Source: the human T2T-CHM13v2.0 reference genome, Homo sapiens. From it: a stretch of DNA of 64,000 bases. This document shows, one piece after another, positions 50,400 through 64,000 of the stretch (its first letter is position 1; each line of letters starts with the position of its first letter). The DNA lies in NCBI RefSeq assembly GCF_009914755.1, contig NC_060930.1. One strand, written 5' to 3'. The notes beneath the pieces were generated by a model. That model was given only the letters and a program-made list of their open reading frames with translations, was not told where the DNA came from and ran no database searches. A program made the position numbers and the translations under genes.

Positions 50400-50693
50400 T
50401 TTTTCACTTATTTATTTATGAGTCAGGTTCTCACTCTGTTGCCCAGGCTGGAGTGCAGTGGTGCAATTATAGCTCATTATAACCTTAAACTACTGGACTC
50501 AAGAGATCCTGTGGCCTCAGCCCACTGAGTAGCTGGGGCTACGGGTGCACATGCCTAGCTAATTTTTTTTTTTAATAGAGACAAGGTCTCATTATATTTC
50601 CCAGGCTGGTCTTGACTCCTGAGGCTCAAGTGATCCTCCTGCCTCGGCCTCCCAAAGTGCTGGGATTACAGACATAAGCCACTGTGCCCAGCC
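50400..50693 (-). mobile_element. AluJ
   Basis: Diverged reverse Alu; TSD atgtttatttt. Confidence 0.9.
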
Positions 50694-51339
50694 ATGATAT
50701 GTTTATTTTTAAAGAAAAAAAAGTTTTAAATGTCATTCAACAATAATGTAGTTATGAGTAGAGATAGAAAAGGCTGATGACCCAATGGTTATTTTAACAG
50801 CAAACTAATTACAGAAAAAAAAATTATTGATGTGAGTTATGGAAATAATTTTAAAGAGATTTAAAAACTTTGGAAACTTATGTTTTTATAATCAGATACA
50901 GAAACTAATAGCTTGATGCTTTAAAAAAATCCAACAATATAACTAATAGTAACTCGATAACACTAATTACCAACTATTACTGTTCTCTATCAGTAATTTT
51001 TAACTGTGAATTTTGTGGGTTTTTTTTAATGATGGCAATACAAGACAAGATATGGTCTGTGTATTTCTGTAAGGATTTTCCTTAGTTCCAGAACCATCCA
51101 GGTGATCTTGAACAGCACACTATGTAATAGAATTCCTGGTTTCAACTTCTGTTAGAGAAGCAATATTTCTAGATCCATTCATCTTAATACTCCATGATCT
51201 CTGACAAAAAAAAAAAAGAAAAAAATTTAGTAGGATTAGTAATACAGCCTATTCCAATGACTGTTACACACATCTTAACCCATAGCGCCATCCTTACATA
51301 GGGCAATTTCAAAATTGTTCTCCTACTTCCATTAAGCTT

Positions 51340-51532
51340 TAAGCAGCAATTCTTTTGTGGATCACAGACCCTTTAGAGAAGCTGATGGAAGCTATGGCCC
51401 TTCTCCTCAATTTGAGAAAAAGACAGAAATCCATACACAACATAGTATTATAATTTTAGGAGAGCTATTGACCTCTTCAACCCTGTAAATGGACTTTGCA
51501 AAGAACCGTAGACCTCAGTTTTTAAAACTCTG
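51340..51532 (+). mobile_element. MER112-like DNA transposon
   Basis: gatcacagaccctttagagaagctgatggaagctatgg. Confidence 0.6.
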
Positions 51533-52861
51533 GATAAATATTTACTTTTAATGTCTAGCCTTAAGAAGTAAACTCAGACAAGATGTTGAATGAATACAGA
51601 ACAAGGTTAAGACTGCCAAAAAGGATCTTCCCTACCTAACTCATATTTTACACTACCATCAAAATATCTCAAAGCTTAGCACAGGGGCATTTCTCCCCGT
51701 TTCTAGCCCTCTGTGACCCCATTACCCCTCAAAGTGAGAGCACAGGCCCCCATGTGGCCTGCCAGCCTTACCTCCACTCCGGCCTGTTGCCCAGGACTCC
51801 CTAAAGACCACACCCGTCAAAAAGGACATGACCCATTCCCCTGTGATACTCACCGCTGTGCCTTTTCTCACATTTTCCTCATTGTCTGCACTGCTACCTT
51901 CTTTCCTAGGTTTATCTATTAACATCTTTCCACTTATTTGCATGTAAGATAGAATGTCACCTCCTCCATAAAGATTTCCCTGAGCCTTTTTGCTGGATGT
52001 AGGCAGGCCTGCCTTAAAACCCTGTGGCAATTTATTATTACATATTACCTAGTTCCTTAAATTGATTCACACTGCCTGCCTTGCCCAAGTGACACATTAA
52101 AGGTTATTGAATGATTCAATGAATGAATGGTAATGGTAATGGAATGAATAAATGAACGAATGAATGAATACCTGAATTATAACAGTGAAAGTCTGGCTGG
52201 ATCGGGAGTTTACAAACTTGAGACACTGGGAAGTGAGAAGAGAATAAACAACTGGATGGGAAAAATTAGCCCTGGCCTAGGAGCCAGAATTCCAGGGTTC
52301 TAGCCCCTCTCAAACATTTCCTTACTGTGTCAACTTGAGTAAGTCATTTAATTTCTTTAATGCTCATTTTTCTTGTGTAAATTAAATGAAACATAAAATA
52401 TATATGTGTGTGTGAACGTGCTTTGTAAACTGACATCAAATTTTATATCACTATCATCATTTTATGTCACTATCATCATTCTTCACATGACTGTCAAGAA
52501 GTAAGTGGAAAATTCTACAATCCAAATAAAAGGTAACCCAAGTAACTCAACTGTTTAACTACCTTGATTTTATTCAAGCTTTGTAGACATTTACAAATTA
52601 AGTCAAAGGTACAGGCAATTGGTGTTTCTCAATGTGATGATATTGCCTAACCTTCCTTTTCTGTGAATTTTTTTTTAATCCACGTATTTAAACACAGTCA
52701 AAATTTATTACACATCAATTGCTCTAACCAAGCTTTATTGCAGGGGCTCTCAGTGTGGAGTCCATGGACCACAGGGTTGTCAATGTACGTTAGTAGGCTC
52801 CAAGAAGCCTCTGTAATTTTATGCAAAATTTTATGAATCTGTGTTCAAAAAAAGGATCTGA

Positions 52862-53496
<635 letters not shown>

Positions 53497-54271
53497 GATC
53501 TGTACTTCTTATCAAACCCTCAAATGGACCCATGACCACAAAAAGTTTGGGAACTTCTATTAAAGTTTAATAAAACCTGAAAAACCTCTTGGATTTGTAC
53601 TTGCCTAACACAATGATAGGAGTAGGACCCCAAAATGTATGGTAATGGGAATCTAGCTAGAAAGCTGTTAAGAGTTGTCCATGGAAGGATTAAGAGGGTC
53701 TGATGTGGGGATTATCGTGGAAATAGAGAGGACAAAGCAGATGCAAGGAGCATCTTTTAGACAGCCAATCCACCCTTGTGTAATCTGTCAATTTTCATAG
53801 ATGAGAGATTCTCTTCCGTCACAAGGTATTCTTAGCTCTGTCTGAAAGTTATCTCTGTTTTGGTCTAGAGATTCCATCTTCCTTCTAGTCTTATATATCT
53901 CCAAAACTTAATGCGTCAATAATTTATCCCTAATTTTGAAAGGATACCTTGAGGCTCTTGATGTATGAGTGAGGAATGAACAATATTTTGCTGAGTTTGA
54001 TTTGAGAAGCAGTATGGGGAAAAGGGCCCCACTATGGGGAAACGTGGCTTGAGATGACACTGAAATAAAAAGGAGTTCTGGGAAAGAGACAGAATAGATA
54101 TAAATCTTTAGTAAAAGGAACTTTGGAAAAAGCAGAGATGTTAAAAAAGGAATATTTAAGAAGCTTTGCTGTGTGGTGTGTAATGGAACCTTTTATACCA
54201 CTTTTGTGCCACTGATGTTTCAGTAAAATCCATGTTGTGCAGTTTGGCATAAACTCATAAATCTAGACTGA

Positions 54272-54632
54272 TCAGTGATTTTTGGCTTTGGCTGTATGTT
54301 ACAATCACCTGAAGAACTTCCAATAAATATTCAATGTGTTGGCTTTGCTCCCAGATATTCTGATATATTTGGTCTTAAGTAGGGCCTCAGCATAGTACTT
54401 TTAAAAAGTGCTGCAGGTGATCTAAAGTGATTTTAAAGCCAATGGTTTAGGGTCTGGAATGGTGATTTGTAGTCTTCCTCTGATTCATCGGAATCATCCT
54501 AGGAGCTTTTAAACAGTACAGAAATACTGGCTCCACCTTACCCCATTTAATTTGAATCACTGGACATTACAAGTTTTTGTAAAGTTTCCCAGGTGATTCT
54601 GATGCAAGATGAAGTTTAAAAACCGCTGGCTC
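54272..54632. mobile_element. Two adjacent MER5-family elements
   Basis: aatcacctgaagaac..caggtgatct and gaatcatcctaggagcttt..cccaggtgattctgatgca..aaccgctg. Confidence 0.6.
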
Positions 54633-55231
54633 TAGAAGAGAAATATACCAGGACCTAAAAGACAAGATCAATCTATTAAGAAGCCATATAGACTGCTTCG
54701 TAATGGTACTAAGTAACTAATTCCAAGATGTCTCCCTCTCAAAAGGTACTTATCAACATTTTATTTCTATGCTAAATGAATGAAAACGATAGTAAGAGCT
54801 ATCCAAGGTTGATCCTACCCTCTAGACAAAAAAGAAGCAAGATGATTAGGATGAAAGCAAACTTCCAATGCAAGTCTTATTGTGCTTGAAGAATTCGTGC
54901 TTTCGGACTGGTTTCTTATGAAAAGCAATTTGAAGTGGTAACTCATAGAAACTCTAATTTAAAGTCGTATGAGGGAAAAGGAAAAGAAAACCAACTTAGA
55001 AGAACAGAGGTCTTTTCAATGTTAATCTGGTATAATTCAGCTTCCAAGAGAAAGAAAGATACACAGCCTGACCCATTTTTAGGGACCATCGGGAACATGA
55101 GGGACCAAGTAGAATGGGACAATGGTGCCCTGTCAGAGGTGGTAGGTGGCCAAGATGTCCCCATTCCTTTCCTGTTCTGAGACATTCTGTGCAGGTAAGC
55201 TGGTGGCCTTTCAGGGTGTTCTGGATGGTAG

Positions 55232-55678
<447 letters not shown>

Positions 55679-55734
55679 AGTCAGTGTGGGGCATTTTTCA
55701 CTACTGAATTATTTGGGGCTTAAATTTAAAAACA

Positions 55735-55832
55735 AGCATACATGCACACACACACACATACGCAATATGCACACATGCACACACAGTTTCTGGGACATAT
55801 TCACAGGCATACACACATGCACGCACAGGCAT
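55735..55832. repeat. Degenerate (CA)/(CATG) tract
   Basis: Directly visible. Confidence 0.8.
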
Positions 55833-56744
55833 TCACTCATATGATTTCTTTCAGCTGATCCTGCTTGTTCTGCTCTTGTTCATAATATGGGAGCAGTTGA
55901 CTGTTACTGCAGTGACTATTCCAATTATTAGGGCAGTGAAATAGGTTGCCAGCAAGCCATAAAAAGCTCCTTAGTTTAAAGAAAATGCCAGCATTTTGTT
56001 TTTTGGTGAGATGAGTTCCTTACTTGCAGAGGACAGACTGTAATTACTCAATAAAGCTGCATTTTGTCGCTCTGAAAGCTGCTGGCATACCATGTGTTTA
56101 AGAAAGCGACACTATGATTTTCCTCATAACACCTGAATTCTAACAAAGAATGTTTAGTGCTGTAGTTTCCATATGAAAAAGAAAGCAGAAAGACAAAAGG
56201 CAAATCAAGAGTCTAACCCTGAGAACTGGCTAGAGCTGGTGAGAGTCCGTGGGCCAGTGCTGGAGGAATGAAGATGGTCTCTAATCATCCTGGATCATCC
56301 TAGATCAGCTCAGACCCAGTCCAGAGCCCAAGGGAACAATGCCATTGAGTTAAGACAAGGTTGATTATGAAAAGATTTACAAAGCACCGAGGGTACTGAT
56401 AGGAAAAAGCCTTTCTACTGACACATGGAAGATGATTCAGGCAGGATTTGTTTTGTTTTGTTTTACCATAACAAAGTAATAAATAAAATGAAAACCTTAA
56501 TCATGATACCAACTGCCATTATAGAATTTTTTAAAAATTGCCCTTATGAATAAAATGGTAGAGTTTTCTGCTATTTGTTCCAAAACACTACCCACATCGA
56601 TTGAGTGCTTAGATTTGTCTTCAGGACCATGGTTACTTTCACTTTGCTTCTGTGAGTCAAGACCAGAAAGCATAAATTCAGAGACAAGATCCATTCCAGC
56701 CAAGGAACTTCATGATGCAAGGCTTGGAGTAGGAATGAACACAG

Positions 56745-57005
56745 TCGTGGGGAACTCAGTATGACAGATGACTCGAGAAAGACCTGGGTTGAAATTCTGA
56801 CTCCTGTTAGCTATGCCAACCCGAAAAATTATGTAATCTCTGTGCCTCAGTTTGCTCATCTATAAAATGGGGACACAAATAGTATCTACTTCATGGAGTC
56901 ATTAGAAGAATCAAATGAATTAATGCATGTAAGCGCTTAATTCAAGAATATTACATGCATTAATTCAAGAGTGCTTAGCACAGCCTCAGTAAATCTTAGC
57001 TTCTA
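56745..57005 (+). mobile_element. MIR with an internal templated insertion
   Basis: MIR core ctctgtgcctcagtttgctcatctataaaatgggga. Confidence 0.85.
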
Positions 57006-57097
57006 TTAGTCGTCTTTGACTCATTCTTGTACCTCCTGCATCCAGCTCATTGCCAAGACTTACTGATTCTATCTCTATCTCTTATATCACCTCCACT

Positions 57098-57466
<369 letters not shown>

Positions 57467-60200
57467 TGATTTGAATTCCTATAGCACCTTCCACAGTGGC
57501 CTCCTCACTCTCTATTTTTCCTCTCTCCAGTCCGTTCTGTATACTGAGACTAAATTAATATTCTAGAACTGGAGTTCAGATCACAGCCTTCTCTTGGGCA
57601 AAACCCTGTGAGTGCCCAGTGTCCCTAGAATGAAGCTCCTGGCATCAAGGCTGTCCACCGTAGGCCCAACAGGTTCTGACTCCCACGATTCTCCTGAACA
57701 TCCTCTGTACCTCCAGCCCAAGCATGAGGCATGCATTTGAACAGAACATCGGGTGTGCCTACACACCATCCCCTTCTTCCACACGGGCTACCTCCCTCTC
57801 CCTCCTCCTCTCTTCCCTCTCCTTCACTTCCTTGCTACTGACTCACCTGAACATTTCTGCTCACTACAATTATAGCTATTCTTTATGTCTGAGCTTAAAT
57901 GCTGCCTCTATGAATCAGCCTCCTTCCATCTCGTCAAACAGATTCCATTTCTCATCCTTTGAATCCCTACAGCACATTCTGGATATTTATATAAAGTAAT
58001 TTTCCCTCTGTGGTACAGCCACGTGTATTTGTGTAATCTTCCCCTCACCATTGTGAGTTTTCTAGGTCCTGGCCCTGTGTCTTATCCATCTTTGTCTCCA
58101 CTGCAGTCCCTAAGTGCTGTTGTAGAATTCAGCCTAGATTGAGAACTCAATACGTGTTTATTGAGTGAAAGATGTTCTTTGATATTAAAAATGTTGATGT
58201 TTCAATATCCAATGTAAACACAAAAACAAAAGATGGTGGGAATAAAGTCTTAAGACACGAGAGGCCAAGACTAAGAATTCAAGAATATGTTTCCAGCACT
58301 GAGCTGCGCCTACTTGGCATGTATAATATATAATTATTGTGGCGGTAGTGTCACGTAGCCTCTCAAAGCAGATAGAAGATATTCCTTAAAGAATCCCTTG
58401 CTGTTTGTCCTGATTATGAATGACTTTTCCCAGGCACCTGTGTTCCTAGAAGGGCGTAGACTCTCTGGTGGTGGCACCCTGAAGTGCTTATTTTCCTCAG
58501 TAAATTAATCAATTGGGGCTTTGGTTTGCAAATCAGACCAGTGTGGAATCTTCTTTCAGGGCCTGATCCTTGCTGGCAGAGTGCCAAAGGCTTCTAGGTG
58601 TGCAGACAGCCAAGACCTTAGTTCTATATTTGGATGCCATAGAAGAGTGAAAGACCAAAACAAAAAACAAACAAGCAGAAATATCATCCTTTAAGAATCT
58701 TCCTCTCCTTTTCTTAAAACAAGCCTAAATGCTCCTCTGGGACTCTAGTACTTCAGGATCTTCTGATTCATGCCAGACCGACGTAAATCATCCCTCCTGC
58801 CCTCTGCTCAGGATCAAGTGGAAAGTTCCAAGGACAGGGCATGGGAGTGGGGGCCTAGGACCAGAAGGTTACATAAAGCAAGAGCTGGGGAGAACCCTCT
58901 GCCCACCCAGGCCCTCCATCTTTCCCTTAAAAACCTGTGTTCCTTCCAATCGTCCTTGCTCCTGGTGAGCCATCCCCACTTTTTCCTTGGGCTGTTTGTC
59001 TCTGCCTGGGAGTCTCTGAATGTCAGGCTGTGTGTGTCTGTGTGCATCTGTCTCTGCTAATCTGTGATGCTATTAAAGTCGTTGGGATTGTATATATCAA
59101 TATGCAAATTTATGCAACAACTAATGCGTAACTTAGCATTTTACATTTGAGCCAAAAGACTACACATGACTACTTGCAATGATCTTATGTCCCCAGAAAC
59201 TTTTGGTTACGGAAAAAAACAAATCTCTGTAGCTTATCTGGTTTAGCCGTTGTCTCTGTTGCTGTTTGAGCCACCAGGAGAAAGCAGTCAGGGAATGTTA
59301 GCAAAAGGGCTGAAGACTGTAGAATCCGCCCTAAAAAAGAAAGCAAAAAAGAGAAGTGTACAAACTGTTAGCATATGGAAGCCAAGAAGGGAAACTTTAA
59401 GCTGAAGACACTGAGCATAATCATTTTTAAATGGCAACGTGAGCTGGAAAATGTTTTGCTAACCAGTCTTTGGAGAATTGAGCTCTACACTAGAGAAGGA
59501 AGAATCAATAATCTTAAATGACCTGAGAAGAAAGCAAATACCTGGAAACACTCATACACACCATAGAATTAATGAGTAAAGCAAGCTCCAGTTTGCTATA
59601 TGGGTCTACATACTTAGAAGAATAGATTTTTTTTATGAAAGTAAAGTCCTTGTACTTCCTATTTATTTTATTATTCAATAAATCAAGAGACTTAAAGGAT
59701 ATAGCTATTTTGAGGACTTTATTATATTTTTAAAAATCAAAAGAGTTTTATTTTCAATTTTCTGCCCTTACCATCCAAGGACAGTCAAGGTCATTTCTCA
59801 CTGCTAGAACAGACCCATTCTGTCATGCCAGATACTTAGGCTAATGATTCAGGGATTGAGTTTCTTCTTCAACTAGTTTCAAATTCATATGTTAAACTAT
59901 TCTCAAAGGGAGGCTGACTCTTCAAGCAGGTGCTCCAGGCCCCCGAGGGAAGGGGGAAGAGGCTTGGACGTGCCTGTCGGTGTAGGGGAAAGCTTGGGCT
60001 GCTCAGCTGCTCGTAAGTAAACAAAAAATGAGAAGGGACAGGAGAGGCGGCTCTGCCCAGCGATTTATGTACAGAGATGTTTTGCCGTGCAGTTGCCTCT
60101 GTGACACAGCCAATTTCTCGTCTTCTCCGCCTCCTTTTCTCTCCTTAGGTTCCGTTGGCTCTAGATTCCCCTCTGATAGGGCTTTCTATGGTGTCCACGA

Positions 60201-60940
60201 TGTACCAGTTAGGATCACTTTGGGCTACATGTAACAAAAAGCCAACTGCAGAGGCTTCACCAAATGGGGCTTTAGTTTTTCTAGCTGAATAAAAAGTCCA
60301 CATGTTCGCAGAGCAGGGCAGAGACTTGAGGAAGCCATGGAGTGTCCTTCAACCAGGGTCCTTCTAGTTTCCTGCTCTGCTGTCCTGACTGTGGTTTTTG
60401 TCTTCGTGGTTGCAGGCTGGGTACTGCAGGTGAGACAGCCAGGTGGGAGGGGGTCCTTGGAGAAACTCCAACCAGCCTGCCCACTGAGGTGGAGCCACAG
60501 GAAGTTCACAACATTTGCAGCAGGGAGGAGCCTGGCCCCTCCTCTTCCTGTGTGGAACCTGGGATTCAAACGACATCTAGCAGGAGACTCTGGCCTTGTG
60601 GAGAGTCCCTGTTTCCCTCTTTTCTTCCTTTTTATCCAATAAAACCCTGTTTTACTCACCCTTCAAACTGTCTGTGAACCTAAATTTTCATGGCCGTGGG
60701 ACAGACAAGGATCCCATCTTTAGCTGAGCTGAGGAAAAGTCCTGCAACACAGGTACAGAAATGGTGTAGGAAGAAGGGGGAAGAGAAGAAGAAAAGGGAG
60801 TGTGTAGCTGAGCCTGTCTCTTTTCATGACATAAACAATAGAGTCCCAGAAGCCCCTCCCTATAGACTTCAATTTTGTCACCAATCCGGGTCACATGGCT
60901 ACTCCTACCCATAAGAGGGTCCAAGGGAGTAAGCATTTCT
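60201..60940. mobile_element. MLT1 (J/K-like) LTR split by a younger LTR
   Basis: tgtaccagttagg..gctacatgtaacaaaaagcc; resumes tcccagaagcccc..gggtcacatggctactcct. Confidence 0.65.
60431..60749 (+). mobile_element. Solo ERV1 LTR, MER48-like
   Basis: tgagacagccaggtggg...aaaagtcctgcaaca; perfect TSD cagg (60427-60430 / 60750-60753); AATAAA at 60638. Confidence 0.75.
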
Positions 60941-61418
60941 AACTGAGTTCATCATCATCGTGAATGAATTTACCTTCTCTTTGTAAAAAAGGAGGTGACA
61001 TTGGGTAAGCAATGAATTAATCAAGAATGTTTCCTGAGCAGTTGTCAAATGCGAGGGGTGGTGCAGGGTGTCATCTATATGAGAAGATGTGTTTTACACC
61101 TTTCTATTATACAGTGAACAAAGTGTTACTTAACAAATGTGTGTTGATTTAGGTTAAATTCAAACAGGTCAGACAGAGGAGCCATAATTTCAATCAGACC
61201 CTGAAATCTAAGAGAAATGTAGGTAGGGAGGAATGTAGGGAAGGATATTTCAACCTGAGACAATTATCTGAAGCTGTGGGCTCAAGTTTTTTTCTACCAA
61301 ACACACTAGATAAATGATATATTTAAGTGTGATGCACATCACCCATTTTTAAGAAAGTGCATATGAAGGCAAATGAAGGTAACATCACGAGGAAAACCTG
61401 GAATTCTCTTTGCTTTAA

Positions 61419-61726
<308 letters not shown>

Positions 61727-62044
61727 TGATGACTCCTGTTCTGTTGATTATAGTAAAAAATGTCTACTTCTAGTTGTTATGGTCCCTTTCAATACCAAGG
61801 GGACTGCCTCTTGGATATGCTTAAGCTTTACGGTAGCATAAAGAAAATGTTTCCCTTTATAAGTAGCACCTCACTAAGACTTGTTTCTCTGTCAAATGAG
61901 TCCAGTGAACTAATCTCAGCTTTTCTTTCTAACTCAAAACTAGAGTGGATGCCAGCCATCCTGAAATGAGGATGAAAGAAATTGCAGCATCTGCCCCTCA
62001 ATTGCTATGGCTGGGGATGTACATTGACTAGCTCAGTACTGGCT

Positions 62045-62820
62045 TCATGAATACATCCTGTGCAGTTACACAGGGCCCTGCACTTTGTTTAATGCTCTGT
62101 TGCCACCATCTTGAAACTTGAAGAGTTTTTTGACAAGGAAACCTGCGTTTTCCTTTGTCATTTGGCCCACACATTATGTAGCTGCTATTATAGGCCATTA
62201 TAGGAGAGTGACTAAGAAGTCAGGCATGGAGTCGGCATGTCTAGCCCAAATCTCTGGTCTAATTTCTAATAGCTGAGCAATTTTCACAAATGATTTCACC
62301 TCTCTAAACCTCAGTTTTACCACATGTAAAGTAATGATAATGATAATTGTACCAACATCACAAGGTTGTTGGAAGAATCAAACATGATAATGTGTTTAAA
62401 AAAATAGTGAGTACAGCACCTGAAACATAGGAGGTACACAATAAATAACAGCAATTATGATTTGCTATATTTTGTATATTAAATTTATTCAGCAAAATAT
62501 TTATTGAGCACCTACTGTATGCCAGGCACTGTCCTAGACACTTGGGATAAGTCTGTGAATAAAATAGACCAAGATTTCCACCCTTACAGAGCTTATGTTT
62601 TGCAGGCCTGGGAGAGGACCTTCACAATAAGCCCAATGAATATAAATAAATGTAATTGGAGGTGAGTAAGAGGTAAATGCTATGGGTAAAGAAAAAACAA
62701 GGCAGGATAAACAGGGTAAGGGAATTGGGGAGGACAGTTTGCAGCATCAAATGAGGAGCTTCAGTGAAAAGACTTAAAGGAGGTCAGAGAACTCATCTAG
62801 GAGAAAAGTATTCTAGAAGA
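62045..62820. mobile_element. MER91A-like (62045-62185), MIR (62200-62460) and L2 3' end (62485-62820)
   Basis: ctgtgcagttacacagggccc; cctcagtttt..catgtaaagt; atatttattgagcacctactgtatgccaggcactg. Confidence 0.7.
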
Positions 62821-63033
62821 AGTTTCCTCAGTAATGGAGGGCAATGCCTCCACTAAAAGTAAAGGCCAGATAAGTCCATCCACCAGCAATCCCTCTCCAC
62901 AGCACAGAGGAAATACATTGTAATTAGTCATTGCTAAACCATTTTATAGAGTTGGAGGTTGCAACTCAGCATTTGCATACATTTATAACACCCAATTAGG
63001 GAAATAGTTCATTTTATTAACGTGTAGTTTTGA

Positions 63034-63355
<322 letters not shown>

Positions 63356-63825
63356 TTCACACAAGTATTTAAAATAACCAAGAGAACACTTTCTTCTGAA
63401 CTGACAAGTCCAGGATGTGAACAACTGGGCCAGCATGGATCATGAAAGATCAAAGGCCAAGTAGGCATTAACAAAGAGAGAAGACCAAGACCAAGCCAGG
63501 ACCATGGTGCTCCTCTCAGCCACACCTGGCACAGCTTTGTCATGGGGAGGAATTGTTAGAAAGCACCAGAGCCACTCTGTATCCATCCTGTGTGCTATTG
63601 ATGGTAGGTTTTGCATAGTAAACAGTTTAGAATATTCTATTAATATGTCATTCCGGAATATGGGATCTGCTCTGCTTAAGGTATAATTAAGTAGATGACC
63701 AATTGGCAATTACCACCATAATACTGGTATCTGGGCTGAAAAGAATAACGAAGCAACCTCCTTTATAGAATAGATCCTAAACAAGATCTGCTGTTATGAG
63801 AGAGTGCCAAATTACCAAGTCAACC

Positions 63826-63990
63826 AGAAGAGGAGGAGGAAGGCAAGGAGGGCTAGGAGGAGGAGGAGGAGGAGGAGGGGAATGAAAGAAGGAAGGAAGG
63901 AAGAAAGGAAGGAAGGAAGGAAAGAAGGAAGGAGGGAGGGAGGGGAGGAGAGGAAGGGAGGGAGGGAAGGAAGAGGAAGAGAGGGAGGAA
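63826..63990. repeat. Polypurine (GGA)n/(GGAA)n low-complexity tract
   Basis: Directly visible. Confidence 0.9.
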
Positions 63991-64000
63991 AAAAGCCACA

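Overview
Primate (human-like) non-coding genomic DNA, intergenic or deep intronic. I cannot identify the locus and see no host protein-coding exon, RNA gene or CRISPR array. Most recognisable structure is interspersed repeats: one full-length but inactivated L1PA2/3-type LINE-1 (10724-16761, minus strand), a 5'-truncated L1 facing it tail-to-tail, about 24 Alus, several LTRs (MER4A, MER50, MER9, LTR12, THE1, MER48-like, LTR47-like, MLT1), old L1M/L2/MIR fragments, hAT-type MER DNA transposons and simple repeats. All subfamily calls come from recalled consensus motifs, not a database search. The long ORFs are L1-derived, and the short ones are Alu/LTR/low-complexity or chance frames. I found no convincing new biological system. 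The most interesting signals are fossil records of DNA copying. These are (1) an inverted L1 pair sharing private mutations, (2) a 34-nt L1 3' transduction, (3) an Alu with a doubled A-tail, and (4) several templated or fold-back insertion scars, one copied from 2.2 kb away. There is also a possible small spliced non-coding transcription unit near 60 kb and a few candidate enhancer motif clusters.
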